Shown piece after piece: positions 1-9,607 of a stretch of DNA of 64,000 nt. Under the pieces are notes generated by a model. The model had not been told where the DNA came from, did not search any database, and worked only from the letters and a program-made list of their open reading frames with translations. The position numbers and the translations under genes are program-made. This stretch comes from a virus. The number at the start of each line of letters is the position of its first letter. Within the stretch, counting starts at the first letter, position 1. The stretch is taken from the IMG/VR virus record IMGVR_UViG_3300027712_001108, positions 1 to 64,000 of that record. One strand, 5' to 3'.

Positions 1-1053
1 TATAACTCCTTTAACACCACCAGCAGCACTGGTAAATGTTAAATTATTAAAAGTATTTGTGCCGCTTATAGTTGGAAAATTGTTTGCACCGGTTGAGGTA
101 AAACTCACATTATAGAACGTTAATCCACCACCGTTGAATGTTGTGTTAGCAGTACTGCTAACCAACGTGCTGGTACCTGCGTTGAATGTCAATCCGGTTG
201 TAACAGTAAAATTAACAAACGTAGCAGTATTAGTAGATGTGATAGTAGACGACCCAAAATTTATAGTTCTTGTTGTGGTACTAGAACTATAAAGCGCACC
301 CTGTGTCAGCGTCATATTAAAGTTGCCGGTGTCAAAAGTACCCCTGACAACTCTGAATGAGTCAGTACTGTTTATAGCACTAGTCCATGCACTACCCAGC
401 GTCCATCCGCCGCCGGTACCATCTAATGCTATATAACTAGTGGTTGTACCTAAAATAGTCACACCATTTGTAGTAATGGTTTTACCAGTTGCAGTAGCAC
501 AGAATACTATTATTGGTGTTGCAGTCCACGTCAAGTTAGCGGCAGGCAGTGTCATACTACCGTAGATGCTCCAACAAGTCAATGCTGCGCCTGCTAATGT
601 AACTGCACCACTTGCTGGTCCAGCAATATTCACGTCAAGACAACTAGGTCCTGAATAAATCGTGATACTGGTAACTGTTTGTGATATGCTAAGGTTATAG
701 GTACCAAGTCCGCCAGACCCTGTACCAAAGCTAGTAATATACGTGCCGCCAGCCACGTAGGTTGTAGCAGTTGGTCCGGTAGCTGTGCCAGCATAAATGC
801 TGTTTCCAACTGCTAATGCGCCGCTGGTAACTACAGTAATGGTTAGCACTGTACCTGCAATAGTACCTGTACCAACAAAGCCGTTGGCCATTGTTACTGT
901 ATAAAGTGTTGCGTTGGATGCACTGTCAAATATCACACTGTCTGCATAGGTTGGTGCAGCAGCAAGTGTGGTTCTACCTGCATCGCTATACCAGTTTGTG
1001 GCAGTGTTAGAATCCCAGGTGCCTGATCCGCCGCCCCAATATCGTGTGGCCAT
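1..1053 (-). CDS. Virion fibre / adhesin-like protein, N-terminal part (runs off window edge)
   Basis: Open frame from ATG at 1053 (MATRYWGGGSGTWDSNTATNW...) to base 1 with no stop; Thr/Gly/Ser/Asn-rich beta-rich sequence; absent from the ORF track because it is incomplete. Confidence 0.75.
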   Translation of the reverse strand, partial: MATRYWGGGSGTWDSNTATNWYSDAGRTTLAAAPTYADSVIFDSASNATLYTVTMANGFVGTGTIAGTVLTITVVTSGALAVGNSIYAGTATGPTATTYVAGGTYITSFGTGSGGLGTYNLSISQTVTSITIYSGPSCLDVNIAGPASGAVTLAGAALTCWSIYGSMTLPAANLTWTATPIIVFCATATGKTITTNGVTILGTTTSYIALDGTGGGWTLGSAWTSAINSTDSFRVVRGTFDTGNFNMTLTQGALYSSSTTTRTINFGSSTITSTNTATFVNFTVTTGLTFNAGTSTLVSSTANTTFNGGGLTFYNVSFTSTGANNFPTISGTNTFNNLTFTSAAGGVKGVI

Positions 1054-1059
1054 GAGTTG

Positions 1060-1254
1060 TTACTCCTCTACCGGAGTGATAGCAGCGATCCATGCTGCAA
1101 AACGCTGTTGCTGCATTTCAGTTATTGCAGCATCTGTGATGTTGATATAATCAATGGGACTTAGTACTATAGAGTCTTTGAATGACTGACCATTGTAGTC
1201 AAATTCAAAACCTATACTCCACCATCCGTCTGGTCGTTGTGTTGCCGAACCCAT
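1060..1254 (-). CDS. Hypothetical protein, probably a small virion/fibre-associated protein
   Basis: 64-aa ORF directly upstream of the fibre gene; TAAATA motif at 1279-1284 (- strand). Confidence 0.55.
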   Translation of the reverse strand: MGSATQRPDGWWSIGFEFDYNGQSFKDSIVLSPIDYINITDAAITEMQQQRFAAWIAAITPVEE

Positions 1255-1304
1255 GTTTGTAGAATCCCAAATACAGGGTATTTATCTGGAATTCTACTAG
1301 ATTT

Positions 1305-1763
1305 TTACACAATGATGATACGGTCGAAGCCTTCGTCCGCAGTGGGCATTTCCAACTGCGATACCATGCCCATGACAATGTTGGCAGGAATGGTTTTTCC
1401 AGGACGATTGGCCAGTCGTCGCTGCAATTCTGCTTCAGGCGGAGTATTAAAGTACACAGCAATTTTTTCGTAATGCGCAGGCACACGATTCAATTTCTTG
1501 CCACGAGTCTTGGCAGTTACATTGGTCTGATCCCAGATTACATCGTGTCCTGCTGCAAACGCAGCCACAGCATCTGCATGCATTTGCCGTTCAGCTTCAC
1601 CAATCACAGACTTGAACATGTCATTGTAGGTTTTGCCTGCGGCTTCCGCAGCAGCTTCGATTTTGTCATCTGTGCTGAGAATAACCGCATCGATGCCGCA
1701 ATTTTTGATCCACGTGCTTTTACCAGAACCGGGTACGCCAATCAAGATGTAAAGTTTTTGCAT
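1305..1763 (-). CDS. P-loop kinase, AAA_33 / polynucleotide-kinase-like
   Basis: Walker A GVPGSGKST, ILSTDD, VIWDQTN, lid RRLANR; GGAG Shine-Dalgarno. Confidence 0.85.
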   Translation of the reverse strand: MQKLYILIGVPGSGKSTWIKNCGIDAVILSTDDKIEAAAEAAGKTYNDMFKSVIGEAERQMHADAVAAFAAGHDVIWDQTNVTAKTRGKKLNRVPAHYEKIAVYFNTPPEAELQRRLANRPGKTIPANIVMGMVSQLEMPTADEGFDRIIIV

Positions 1764-1788
1764 GTGCTATCTCCTTGTTATGCGATGT

Positions 1789-2004
1789 TTATACGGTATC
1801 CACACTGTTGTCAACAGTGTCTGGACCTTTCATAAACTTGAGAAAGTGAAGATTGCCTTCCAGTTCTTCTTCACTGATACCACAACTCCACGCATGTAGG
1901 CAATGTTCACTGTTGACTTTGCAGATAGGACACTCCCAGCCGTGACTGTGTTTGAATTCATATAGTACCCAACACTTTTCACAAACGGGAGGTCCAAGGC
2001 CCAT
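1789..2004 (-). CDS. Small Zn-ribbon protein
   Basis: CEKC ... CPIC motifs in 71 aa; packed in the operon. Confidence 0.55.
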   Translation of the reverse strand: MGLGPPVCEKCWVLYEFKHSHGWECPICKVNSEHCLHAWSCGISEEELEGNLHFLKFMKGPDTVDNSVDTV

Positions 2005-2005
2005 T

Positions 2006-2353
2006 TTACTCTATCCCTAATATAAGTTTTGCGTCATCGCTCATGAGTTCCGGACCCCATGTTGGATCAAATACCACATTAACGGTTACATTGTCGATGC
2101 CTTTAACTGCCAACGTTGCAAATCTAACATCGTTGACAATATCATCTGCACTAGGGCAAAATGCACTGGTTAGACTCATGATTATATCACATGTGTTATC
2201 TATAATGTTGACATTATATATAAGACCCAGATCATAGACATTGACGCTAATCTCTGGGTCATATACTTCTTTTAAATTTTCAACAATTAGATCATGACGG
2301 TTGTCTGGGTCAACAGTTTGATTGTTGGCATATATTACTGCCGTTGTATCCAT
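2006..2353 (-). CDS. DUF59 / SufT / MIP18-family Fe-S cluster assembly protein
   Basis: LKEVYDPEISVNVYDLGLIY and SLTSAFCP signatures; C-terminal WGPELMSDDAKLILG. Confidence 0.9.
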   Translation of the reverse strand: MDTTAVIYANNQTVDPDNRHDLIVENLKEVYDPEISVNVYDLGLIYNVNIIDNTCDIIMSLTSAFCPSADDIVNDVRFATLAVKGIDNVTVNVVFDPTWGPELMSDDAKLILGIE

Positions 2354-2376
2354 AATTTTACCCAATGTTTCTATAA

Positions 2377-2979
2377 TCAGTCAGACATCTTACGCTTGTC
2401 GATGACCACATCTGCCAGGCCATAGGCCACAGATTCAGCAGCAGTCATAAACGTATCGCGGTCCATGTCGCGCTCAAACTCTTCATAAGTCTTGCCCACG
2501 CTGTTGTGATCCACATAGATCTGTGTGAGTTCAACTTTCATGCGTTCAATCTCACGTAGTGTAATAGCCATGTCGCTGACCATACCCTGTGCCCCACCTG
2601 AGGGCTGATGGATCATATGACGTGCATGCTTCATAATATAGCGATGCCCAGGTGCACCTGCTTGTGCTAACAGTGACCCCATGCTTGCAGCTTGTCCCAT
2701 GACAAATGTGTACACAGGGCATTGAATAAATTGCATTGTATCGAAAATACTCATACCAGCAGTGACTGATCCGCCTGGTGAATTAATATAGAAATTGATT
2801 GGCGACTTGGCATTTTCGCTTTCAAGAAACAGCAATTGTGCAACCAACAAGCTGGCACTGTGATTGTTAACATCAGTATCGAGTATAATCACTCGGTCGC
2901 GAAGTAATCTGCTGTATATATCGTAGCTGCGTTCGCCATTGGCGCTTTTTTCTACAACGATTGGCACTAGATTGGGCAT
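2377..2979 (-). CDS. clpP: ATP-dependent Clp protease proteolytic subunit
   Basis: [40 protein letters not shown] (Ser), MIHQP (His), DRD (Asp); start reset to ATG at 2979. Confidence 0.97.
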   Translation of the reverse strand: MPNLVPIVVEKSANGERSYDIYSRLLRDRVIILDTDVNNHSASLLVAQLLFLESENAKSPINFYINSPGGSVTAGMSIFDTMQFIQCPVYTFVMGQAASMGSLLAQAGAPGHRYIMKHARHMIHQPSGGAQGMVSDMAITLREIERMKVELTQIYVDHNSVGKTYEEFERDMDRDTFMTAAESVAYGLADVVIDKRKMSD

Positions 2980-3013
2980 GGTATTTCCTTTGTATGTTAT
3001 ATTAAGTATAGTA

Positions 3014-3172
3014 TCAGTGACAGATTTTCTCAATCTCGTCAGCAGTGCGGTCGCTCATTGCAAAGCCGGCAATGCAATTGTTCCTGTTGTAATCATTGAC
3101 AGCTAACGAGCATGACATAGCAACAACTATACCCACTATCATAATTACAAACCATTTTAGTTCCATTTCCAT
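3014..3172 (-). CDS. Small membrane protein
   Basis: [21 protein letters not shown] has a single TM segment; GGAG upstream. Confidence 0.55.
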   Translation of the reverse strand: MEMELKWFVIMIVGIVVAMSCSLAVNDYNRNNCIAGFAMSDRTADEIEKICH

Positions 3173-3203
3173 TTGCGTTGCTCCGTGTGTTACGCAGTTT
3201 ATG

Positions 3204-3617
3204 TTATAGCCAATGCATCTTAAACAGCACAGCATCTGCATCGTAAGCAAACCAAAATCTGCCAGCTGTAGTAACAAATGATCCTGGCTTCAAATTCTGC
3301 TCGCACCATGCAAACGCAGGCTTGTAACTGCTTCGGATTTTCACTGACTGATATCCAAAGTTATCTAATGTAGACGTTTTTTGAAAACGTCTACGATTGT
3401 ACAGACGTAGAAAATGTTGATAGTGTACTTTGTCCATTTTAAGATGCGCTCCGTCCTTTAACCAACCAGGTATAATATCGTCTGCCCAAATCACAGCATT
3501 CATATATGATTTTCCTGTCTGTCTAGCTTTTAAAAAAGTTATAGTTTGTGTTGCAGTTGCGGCAATGGCATCAGCTTTCTTACCCGCAGTTATAGCATCA
3601 TAAAATTTATAATGCAT
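3204..3617 (-). CDS. Hypothetical protein (small phage WC...F-x-F...D-A family)
   Basis: 137-aa ORF in the operon; C-terminal AFAWCEQNL...FWFAYDADAVLFKMHWL. Confidence 0.6.
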   Translation of the reverse strand: MHYKFYDAITAGKKADAIAATATQTITFLKARQTGKSYMNAVIWADDIIPGWLKDGAHLKMDKVHYQHFLRLYNRRRFQKTSTLDNFGYQSVKIRSSYKPAFAWCEQNLKPGSFVTTAGRFWFAYDADAVLFKMHWL

Positions 3618-3620
3618 GAG

Positions 3621-4445
3621 TTATTCCCATTCTTTCAAAGCACTGGCACTCACTGCTGCAACAATGGCATCCACATCTGACTGATACAAGCCACTGCTGG
3701 CAAAACTATTGAATTCTCCAATTCTAGCACCGCGTTCTTCGCAGAGGAAGATGTCCACAGTGTAACAGGTATCCAACTGCCAGTCTGCTGTGGCAACACG
3801 TTCTGCCATGGCAACACAGTCTGGATGCAAGTCGATGCGTGTCATCAACCTGTCATCCCAGCGGTATTGCGATCCAGTGACTATCTTGCGATCACATATC
3901 ACAAAACGATTCTCACACTTGATAGGACGAGCTCGGGCAATCAAACACTGTTCATGGTCAAAGGGTCTGCTGGTCTGTTTGAGTGCAGACAATTCATAGT
4001 CCAGCTTGTCCATGGTCACATCAAAGCCAGTGAAGCTTTTGAAGCCGCTGTCTGGCCGCATGAAGATGTGATCGCCAAACAGATCGCGAATCATAGACTT
4101 GCTGCGGGCAATCATGCCCACTGGCATGTAGACACAGTGTTCATTGAAGTACCAGTCACCGGGCAACTGCGTCATGTAAAAGCTGGTGTCAGTGTCTTTT
4201 TTGAAACCATATGCGCCGGGTGTATAGCCACGGTTTTTGGTGCGTATGAACTTGATAGGACCATACATGACCACGCATTCATCTTGTCCATAGGGAATGT
4301 CTGCATACTCGCGAGTATTGGGATCAAAGTCACTTTGAAAGTATTCGATGCCTGCACGTTGCAATGCAGAGTCAATCTGTGGCGATCCGGGCCTACGAAA
4401 GATTTCAGTACTGATTGCCCATTTAACTGTGGAAGGTGTGCGCAT
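3621..4445 (-). CDS. ATP-grasp domain protein (DUF4343 / R2K-like)
   Basis: IFMRPDSGFKSFTG, ENRF, YTVDIF, IGEFNSFASSGLY. Confidence 0.8.
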   Translation of the reverse strand: MRTPSTVKWAISTEIFRRPGSPQIDSALQRAGIEYFQSDFDPNTREYADIPYGQDECVVMYGPIKFIRTKNRGYTPGAYGFKKDTDTSFYMTQLPGDWYFNEHCVYMPVGMIARSKSMIRDLFGDHIFMRPDSGFKSFTGFDVTMDKLDYELSALKQTSRPFDHEQCLIARARPIKCENRFVICDRKIVTGSQYRWDDRLMTRIDLHPDCVAMAERVATADWQLDTCYTVDIFLCEERGARIGEFNSFASSGLYQSDVDAIVAAVSASALKEWE

Positions 4446-4996
4446 TATGGTCCTGCTTCAATCATGTCTTTTGCAAAGTTTAGTGCCACCATGCAGTGTT
4501 GTACACCTACAATCTGAGTGTGACAATCGATCAGAGCATTGTGTTGGCCTTCGGGATTGTTATCACGTAGATCATCCCATACTGCAAACAGTGTACGGCT
4601 ATCGAGAACTCTGCTATAACGCCACGGCGCACTCATGCCATACTGTTGATAGAGATTTTCAAGAATGACCAAATCAAACTGCGGCCCTTGCGCCCATACA
4701 CTTTTACTGCCTTTGACAAATGCACTGAGTTCTTTAAGAGCTGTGGCTATGTCAATGCGGTTGTCAGGATCAAATGCTTCTGTGCGTACTGCATCATCTT
4801 GTTTAAGCCACCAGTCTATGGTGTCAGCTTCACTGCAACGGTTGATCTTCTCTTGTTCATCAATGCTCAACCGCATATAGAAGTTGTCAATGGGCTCACT
4901 CAGCGTATTTGGATTAAATTTAGCTGCACCCACTGTGAGGACAATGCAGTTGGCAGATACGCCCAGCGTTTCGATATCAATCATTACATCATGCAT
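4445..4996 (-). CDS. DEDDh 3'-5' exoribonuclease (Rv2179c/DUF5051-like)
   Basis: VMIDIETLG, WAQGPQFD, DSRT, HNALID. Confidence 0.88.
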   Translation of the reverse strand: MHDVMIDIETLGVSANCIVLTVGAAKFNPNTLSEPIDNFYMRLSIDEQEKINRCSEADTIDWWLKQDDAVRTEAFDPDNRIDIATALKELSAFVKGSKSVWAQGPQFDLVILENLYQQYGMSAPWRYSRVLDSRTLFAVWDDLRDNNPEGQHNALIDCHTQIVGVQHCMVALNFAKDMIEAGP

Positions 4997-5061
4997 TCGT
5001 CACTCCGTTGTCAATTGTAGACACACTAACAGTATATGGTAAAACAGTCAATGACATTCGC

Positions 5062-5067
5062 TAAATA
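5062..5067 (+). promoter_or_regulatory. Putative late promoter TAAATA, 5 nt before the kinase ATG
   Basis: gcTAAATAttcacATG; the same motif and spacing recur before many genes in the window. Confidence 0.55.
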
Positions 5068-5072
5068 TTCAC

Positions 5073-5681
5073 ATGCGCATCAATGAACTCACTGGTTACC
5101 GTTCCCATCCTGCTTATAAACAAGCAAGATCCACGTTTGACGATACCACAGACAAATGGGCCATGCAGACTCGTCGCAAAGACAAACTGGAACAGTTTAG
5201 AACGTTTCTAGAAAAAAATGGCTTCAAGTTTATAGACAAGGGATCGTTTGGCGCAGTATTTGAACGTCCTGGATATCCATGGGTATTTAAAATATTCAAC
5301 AGGGATCCTGCATACTTACACTTCGTAAAGTATGCCATGGCACATCAGGATAATCCACACTTGCCACGGATCAAAGGCATCATAAAAATCAACGACGATA
5401 CCTATGCAGTGCGTATGGAACGCTTGAGTCCAATACCGCTTGGCACAGAGCCTGCAATGTCACTGATACGTAAAATAGTCGGCATTGACAGCTATGGCGA
5501 TCTCAGCGATGCAGATGTGGCATGGATAGACAAAAAGTTTCCAGGCATTTCTGCGTTTTTCAAAAGCTTTCCGTTGGGTGAGTTTGAATACGATCTACAC
5601 TTACAAAACTTCATGCAGCGTGGCAAGACCATGGTTATAGTAGACCCCATATATGATTATAGAGAAATGCAGGGCAACTGA
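5073..5681 (+). CDS. Protein-kinase-like enzyme (T7 gp0.7-like), paralog 1
   Basis: Gly loop DKGSFGAV, VFK lysine, catalytic DLHLQN, metal-binding IVDP. Confidence 0.8.
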   Translation: MRINELTGYRSHPAYKQARSTFDDTTDKWAMQTRRKDKLEQFRTFLEKNGFKFIDKGSFGAVFERPGYPWVFKIFNRDPAYLHFVKYAMAHQDNPHLPRIKGIIKINDDTYAVRMERLSPIPLGTEPAMSLIRKIVGIDSYGDLSDADVAWIDKKFPGISAFFKSFPLGEFEYDLHLQNFMQRGKTMVIVDPIYDYREMQGN

Positions 5682-6283
5682 TGCAGCTACGTGATTTATT
5701 CGAACGTCACTATAAAAGCTTGCCAGCGTATCAGCAGGCTCACAGTGATTTCTCTGACACCAGTACGCATGGTGCAGCCATGCACGGCATGCTGAAATTT
5801 GATAAATTCATGCGTGAAAATGGATTTGAACTGCTGGGATCGGGCGGATTTGCCAACGTTTATGAACGACCAGGATATCCTTGGGTATTCAAAATCTTCA
5901 CTGGTGATACAGCATACCTGTCATGGTTGGAATATGTCACTGCCAATCAAGGCAACGAACATGTGCCTAAACTACGAGGTAAACCATTTAAAATCAACAA
6001 CGGTACCTATGCCATACGCATGGAAAAATTAACACCATTGCCCGGCAATTTCACGGATGATCCATTGCTTGATGCTGTTATGTATGGCGGGCTTCCACTT
6101 ACACGCAAGTCTGAAAGCACTATTACAGATCTAGGGCATCCGGATTTATTGGCTGTTTTAAAAGCGATAATGAAAATTGCATATTCTAATAAAAATTACA
6201 ACACAGATTTACATAGATATAATCTAATGATGCGCGGTAACACACCTGTTATAACAGACCCGCTTGCAGATTCCAGGGTATAA
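5681..6283 (+). CDS. Protein-kinase-like enzyme (T7 gp0.7-like), paralog 2
   Basis: LGSGGFANV, VFK, DLHRYN, ITDP; TGATG overlap with paralog 1. Confidence 0.8.
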   Translation: MQLRDLFERHYKSLPAYQQAHSDFSDTSTHGAAMHGMLKFDKFMRENGFELLGSGGFANVYERPGYPWVFKIFTGDTAYLSWLEYVTANQGNEHVPKLRGKPFKINNGTYAIRMEKLTPLPGNFTDDPLLDAVMYGGLPLTRKSESTITDLGHPDLLAVLKAIMKIAYSNKNYNTDLHRYNLMMRGNTPVITDPLADSRV

Positions 6284-6286
6284 AAC

Positions 6287-7006
6287 ATGCGCTTACAACA
6301 ACTATTCCTCAACGAAAACACAGTGCTTGATGAACTCACACACTACAAAAACTTGCCTGCGTACAAAACTGCGCAAGATACATTTGCAGGTGTTGGACGT
6401 GGTGGTCATTACAGTGCCATGAAAAAGTTCAACGAGTTCATGAATGAACACGGCTTTAGGAAAATGGGCGAAGGTGCATTTGGTGCTGTGTATGAAAAGG
6501 AAGGATATCCATGGGTATTCAAAGTATTTCATGGAGATCCTGCATACTTGGATTTCTTACGCTATGCCATTGCACATCAAAATAACCCACATGTGCCAAA
6601 GTTCAAAGGCAAACCCTTCAAAATAGATGATAAAACCTATGCCATACGCATGGAAAAACTATATGAATGGACCAGTTACTTTGATCTTATGGGACATACC
6701 AAATCATTGATGTATGCTGTATCTTCGTGGAGACCGCCTGTGTCACCAGACCAAGAAGCAGTGTTTAAGTCACGCGGTGCCGCAGGATTAATACCAGTAC
6801 TCAACAATCTTGCTCAATTGTGTGGTAGTAAAAATTACAGACTAGACCTACACCATGGTAATATTATGAGACGTGGCAATACCATAGTAATAGTAGATCC
6901 TCTGGTAGACGATGCGAGTTTGCAAAGAAGTGAACCAAATATGGCGCCGCCTGATGAATCGCAACAGTCCACTCAACCGGGCAGATTTGAACCCAGTTCA
7001 AAGTGA
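6287..7006 (+). CDS. Protein-kinase-like enzyme (T7 gp0.7-like), paralog 3
   Basis: MGEGAFGAV, VFK, DLHHGN, IVDP. Confidence 0.8.
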   Translation: MRLQQLFLNENTVLDELTHYKNLPAYKTAQDTFAGVGRGGHYSAMKKFNEFMNEHGFRKMGEGAFGAVYEKEGYPWVFKVFHGDPAYLDFLRYAIAHQNNPHVPKFKGKPFKIDDKTYAIRMEKLYEWTSYFDLMGHTKSLMYAVSSWRPPVSPDQEAVFKSRGAAGLIPVLNNLAQLCGSKNYRLDLHHGNIMRRGNTIVIVDPLVDDASLQRSEPNMAPPDESQQSTQPGRFEPSSK

Positions 7007-7221
7007 TCTTCAATAAAGCCGCCAACTGGACAAAATCCTTTGTTGTAATTGTTGTTTGCAATTTCTGCACATTCGCGAACAATCAGTTCAGCAAACTTTT
7101 CCAGTGATCCAGGGTTGTTCAGAGACTCTTGCCAAATGCGCACCCGTTCTGTGTCAGCATCTGCCCATTTGGTTTGTACAAGCCCTGCTTGTTTGGCCAG
7201 TTCTTTGATACGTGGATTCAT
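6973..7221 (-). CDS. Phage hypothetical protein
   Basis: MNPRIKELAKQAG...LEKFAELIVRECA, a pattern typical of small environmental-phage proteins; ATGA overlap with upstream gene. Confidence 0.65.
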   Translation of the reverse strand: MNPRIKELAKQAGLVQTKWADADTERVRIWQESLNNPGSLEKFAELIVRECAEIANNNYNKGFCPVGGFIEDHFELGSNLPG

Positions 7222-7442
7222 GCTGCGTCCTCATAAACTATGTTATAACCTGTGGGCATTTTTCTGCGCGGTATGTCACGGTTACGTTCCCGCTGCATCC
7301 AGTCCCACACTTGCTGTGCCAACGGATCCTTATATACTCGTCGTGTTACAGGACCAAATCGTTCACCTTTGGGACCTACTAACCACATATCTTTGCGATA
7401 CTCATATTCATAAGTCATGGTTTCAATCCATATTTTCTGCAC
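7218..7442 (-). CDS. Hypothetical protein
   Basis: ORF packed in the minus-strand operon; true start may be internal (MTYEYEY). Confidence 0.5.
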   Translation of the reverse strand: MQKIWIETMTYEYEYRKDMWLVGPKGERFGPVTRRVYKDPLAQQVWDWMQRERNRDIPRRKMPTGYNIVYEDAA

Positions 7443-7645
7443 AGTGCAGCATGACCTGCCACTGCTTCATCCAGTGTTTGATAGCGATCAACGACTTCAC
7501 TGCCGTTTTCTGAGAACAAGCAAGACTCATACTTGTAACCAAAATCCATGCCCGGTATAGTGGGCATTTCCACAGTGCTCAAGCGGATTGTTTCAAGACT
7601 AAACAATCCGCCATCGCTTGATACCTTTTGCCAACGCGGCGCCAT
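7415..7645 (-). CDS. Hypothetical protein
   Basis: 76 aa, abuts the RNA ligase stop; STV...YESCLF...RYQTLDEAVAGH. Confidence 0.6.
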   Translation of the reverse strand: MAPRWQKVSSDGGLFSLETIRLSTVEMPTIPGMDFGYKYESCLFSENGSEVVDRYQTLDEAVAGHAALCRKYGLKP

Positions 7646-8844
7646 CAGTTGTCTCCATCAAAGTGATAAGTCCATTTGATATCCTTCCACAGATGCCGCA
7701 CGGAATCAATGGTAGTCTGAGTGCCAGTGTGCTTGCGGATATGCGCAACCAGCATTGCACGAGTATCTTTGCCGTCAAATTTGCCAAACACAATCATGGG
7801 AGCCACAGGGTCGTTCTTCTTGATAGTGGGCATCCACTCAGTGGCATAACGCTTGCGGTCCAAGCCAGATGCCACCACACCGTTGTAATAACGGTCGTAG
7901 CTGTCAACACTTGCAGCAATGCCTTCCCAAAAGTCATTTTCAAACTGGTCAACTCGATGACGGTCATCATCCAACATAAACGCTTTGCTGTCATCCAGCT
8001 TGTCCGTGACAATCAACTTGATCAAGTTCTTTTCCAAGTTCAAGTTGTCTTTGGTCTTATGGATACGACAGTACCACTCGCCTTTGATTTTGTGCATTTC
8101 GCCATCGTCAAAACGAATGATCCAACCTTCCATGCCTTCAACATCATGGGTCTCAGACAACAGTCGTTCCATGTTGGCAGCAGTGCCGTCGTAAGCACGA
8201 ACAACATCAATATTGTAAGAACCTCCCCATTCTAGCAAGTCGGCATAGCCGACATATTCACCAGAGACATTGTGACGAATAGCCAGCAATACCAAACGGT
8301 CCTCTGGATAGTCAATGACAATGCGTTGCTTACGGCTGCACCATTCAAAGATGGGAGTCATACCGCGAGTGATGCATTCGCGTGCCATAGATTCATAACC
8401 ATGAGTACCAAGAGTAGCAATGAACAGTTCTGCACCCATGCCAACATCAGTGATACCCATCTTGGTACCCCAACGGATACCCGCATCAGTGATCACAGGC
8501 GTAATCATAGAACCATCCAGCTTTTCCAAGATCACATGCGGACGATTCAAATCAATGCAGTGCATTTGAGTTTCGTCACGTTCGTTGACGTTGAAGAACT
8601 TGTGCAAACGGCGTGCCATGATTTTACCGTCGTTATGGAAAAGTATACCACGGCATTCTCGACGAATGGCAGCATGCAGATCGTATTCATTGTTCAACAT
8701 CACAGGAGGGAACGTATCAATCATGTTGACCATGTAGTTGACAACGTAGCCCCAATCGCGTTCAACAATTTTAAATTCATCGCGACCTGCAATGGCAGCA
8801 CGAACATCGTCGATATGATTGATGTTAGGAAATTGGTAGCCCAT
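7645..8844 (-). CDS. T4 Rnl1-like RNA ligase
   Basis: RECRGI, HKFFN, motif I EKLDGS, IFEW, EGWII, KIKGEWY; start reset to MGYQFP. Confidence 0.92.
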   Translation of the reverse strand: MGYQFPNINHIDDVRAAIAGRDEFKIVERDWGYVVNYMVNMIDTFPPVMLNNEYDLHAAIRRECRGILFHNDGKIMARRLHKFFNVNERDETQMHCIDLNRPHVILEKLDGSMITPVITDAGIRWGTKMGITDVGMGAELFIATLGTHGYESMARECITRGMTPIFEWCSRKQRIVIDYPEDRLVLLAIRHNVSGEYVGYADLLEWGGSYNIDVVRAYDGTAANMERLLSETHDVEGMEGWIIRFDDGEMHKIKGEWYCRIHKTKDNLNLEKNLIKLIVTDKLDDSKAFMLDDDRHRVDQFENDFWEGIAASVDSYDRYYNGVVASGLDRKRYATEWMPTIKKNDPVAPMIVFGKFDGKDTRAMLVAHIRKHTGTQTTIDSVRHLWKDIKWTYHFDGDN

Positions 8845-8920
8845 GTCGTTCAACCCTGTATGAATAACTGTGTATGGTTGACAATAACACATAGCAAATT
8901 ACTGTCAACCATATTTTTAT

Positions 8921-9409
8921 TTAAAGATGTAAAAACGAACGTTTTTTGTCTGCAACGATTGCAGGGATCGCTGCCATAACTCGTCTACAATAGGCACTGG
9001 GTTTTTTGCCTAATTTTGCATATGTACCACGGTTATAGAGAGTAGCTGCTTTACACCAATCGCCCTTTGCACGATCTAGCGCCTCTTTGAGGTATAGCAT
9101 ACTCCAGGTCAGGTTCGTTTCTGGGTCAAACAACAACTTGCAGTTGCCTTTGAATCCCAGACCTTTGGCAGTGGCACATCTGATCTGACCTAGACCATAG
9201 TTGCCACTGTTATAAGCTCGCACATCGAAAGTACTTTCGACCTTTATGATAGCGTATGCCAGCGAGAATGGCACCTGTCGTTCTGCGGTCTTGTCAGCGA
9301 TTAACTGAACCAATGGAGGAAGGCTATCAACATTCACAACATCGGCACCCCATGCTTTGCAGCTAACGCATGCTAACACTAGGGCTACGACCATGATTTT
9401 TAACTTCAT
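8921..9409 (-). CDS. Secreted lytic transglycosylase (SLT domain)
   Basis: Signal peptide; AIIKVES (catalytic Glu), GLGQI, LFDPETN, YNRG. Confidence 0.9.
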   Translation of the reverse strand: MKLKIMVVALVLACVSCKAWGADVVNVDSLPPLVQLIADKTAERQVPFSLAYAIIKVESTFDVRAYNSGNYGLGQIRCATAKGLGFKGNCKLLFDPETNLTWSMLYLKEALDRAKGDWCKAATLYNRGTYAKLGKKPSAYCRRVMAAIPAIVADKKRSFLHL

Positions 9410-9544
9410 AGTAATTTATTTAACTACCAAAACCGCATAATTGTCAAGCCAGTTAACTGTTGACTGCGCCAAGTACCAGATAGTAAGCGGAATATTGCTT
9501 CTTTGCACCGTCAACACACTGTTAAAGTATGCTATAATATTGAA

Positions 9545-9577
9545 AAATACTGCGTTAACTCAGTCAACGCAGTATTT
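9545..9577 (-). terminator. Rho-independent terminator downstream of the Pth2-like gene
   Basis: 12-bp inverted repeat aaatactgcgtt / aacgcagtattt ending in a T-run on the - strand. Confidence 0.6.
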
Positions 9578-9607
9578 AATTTTAGATTATTACGTTGGTT
9601 TTGCAGT

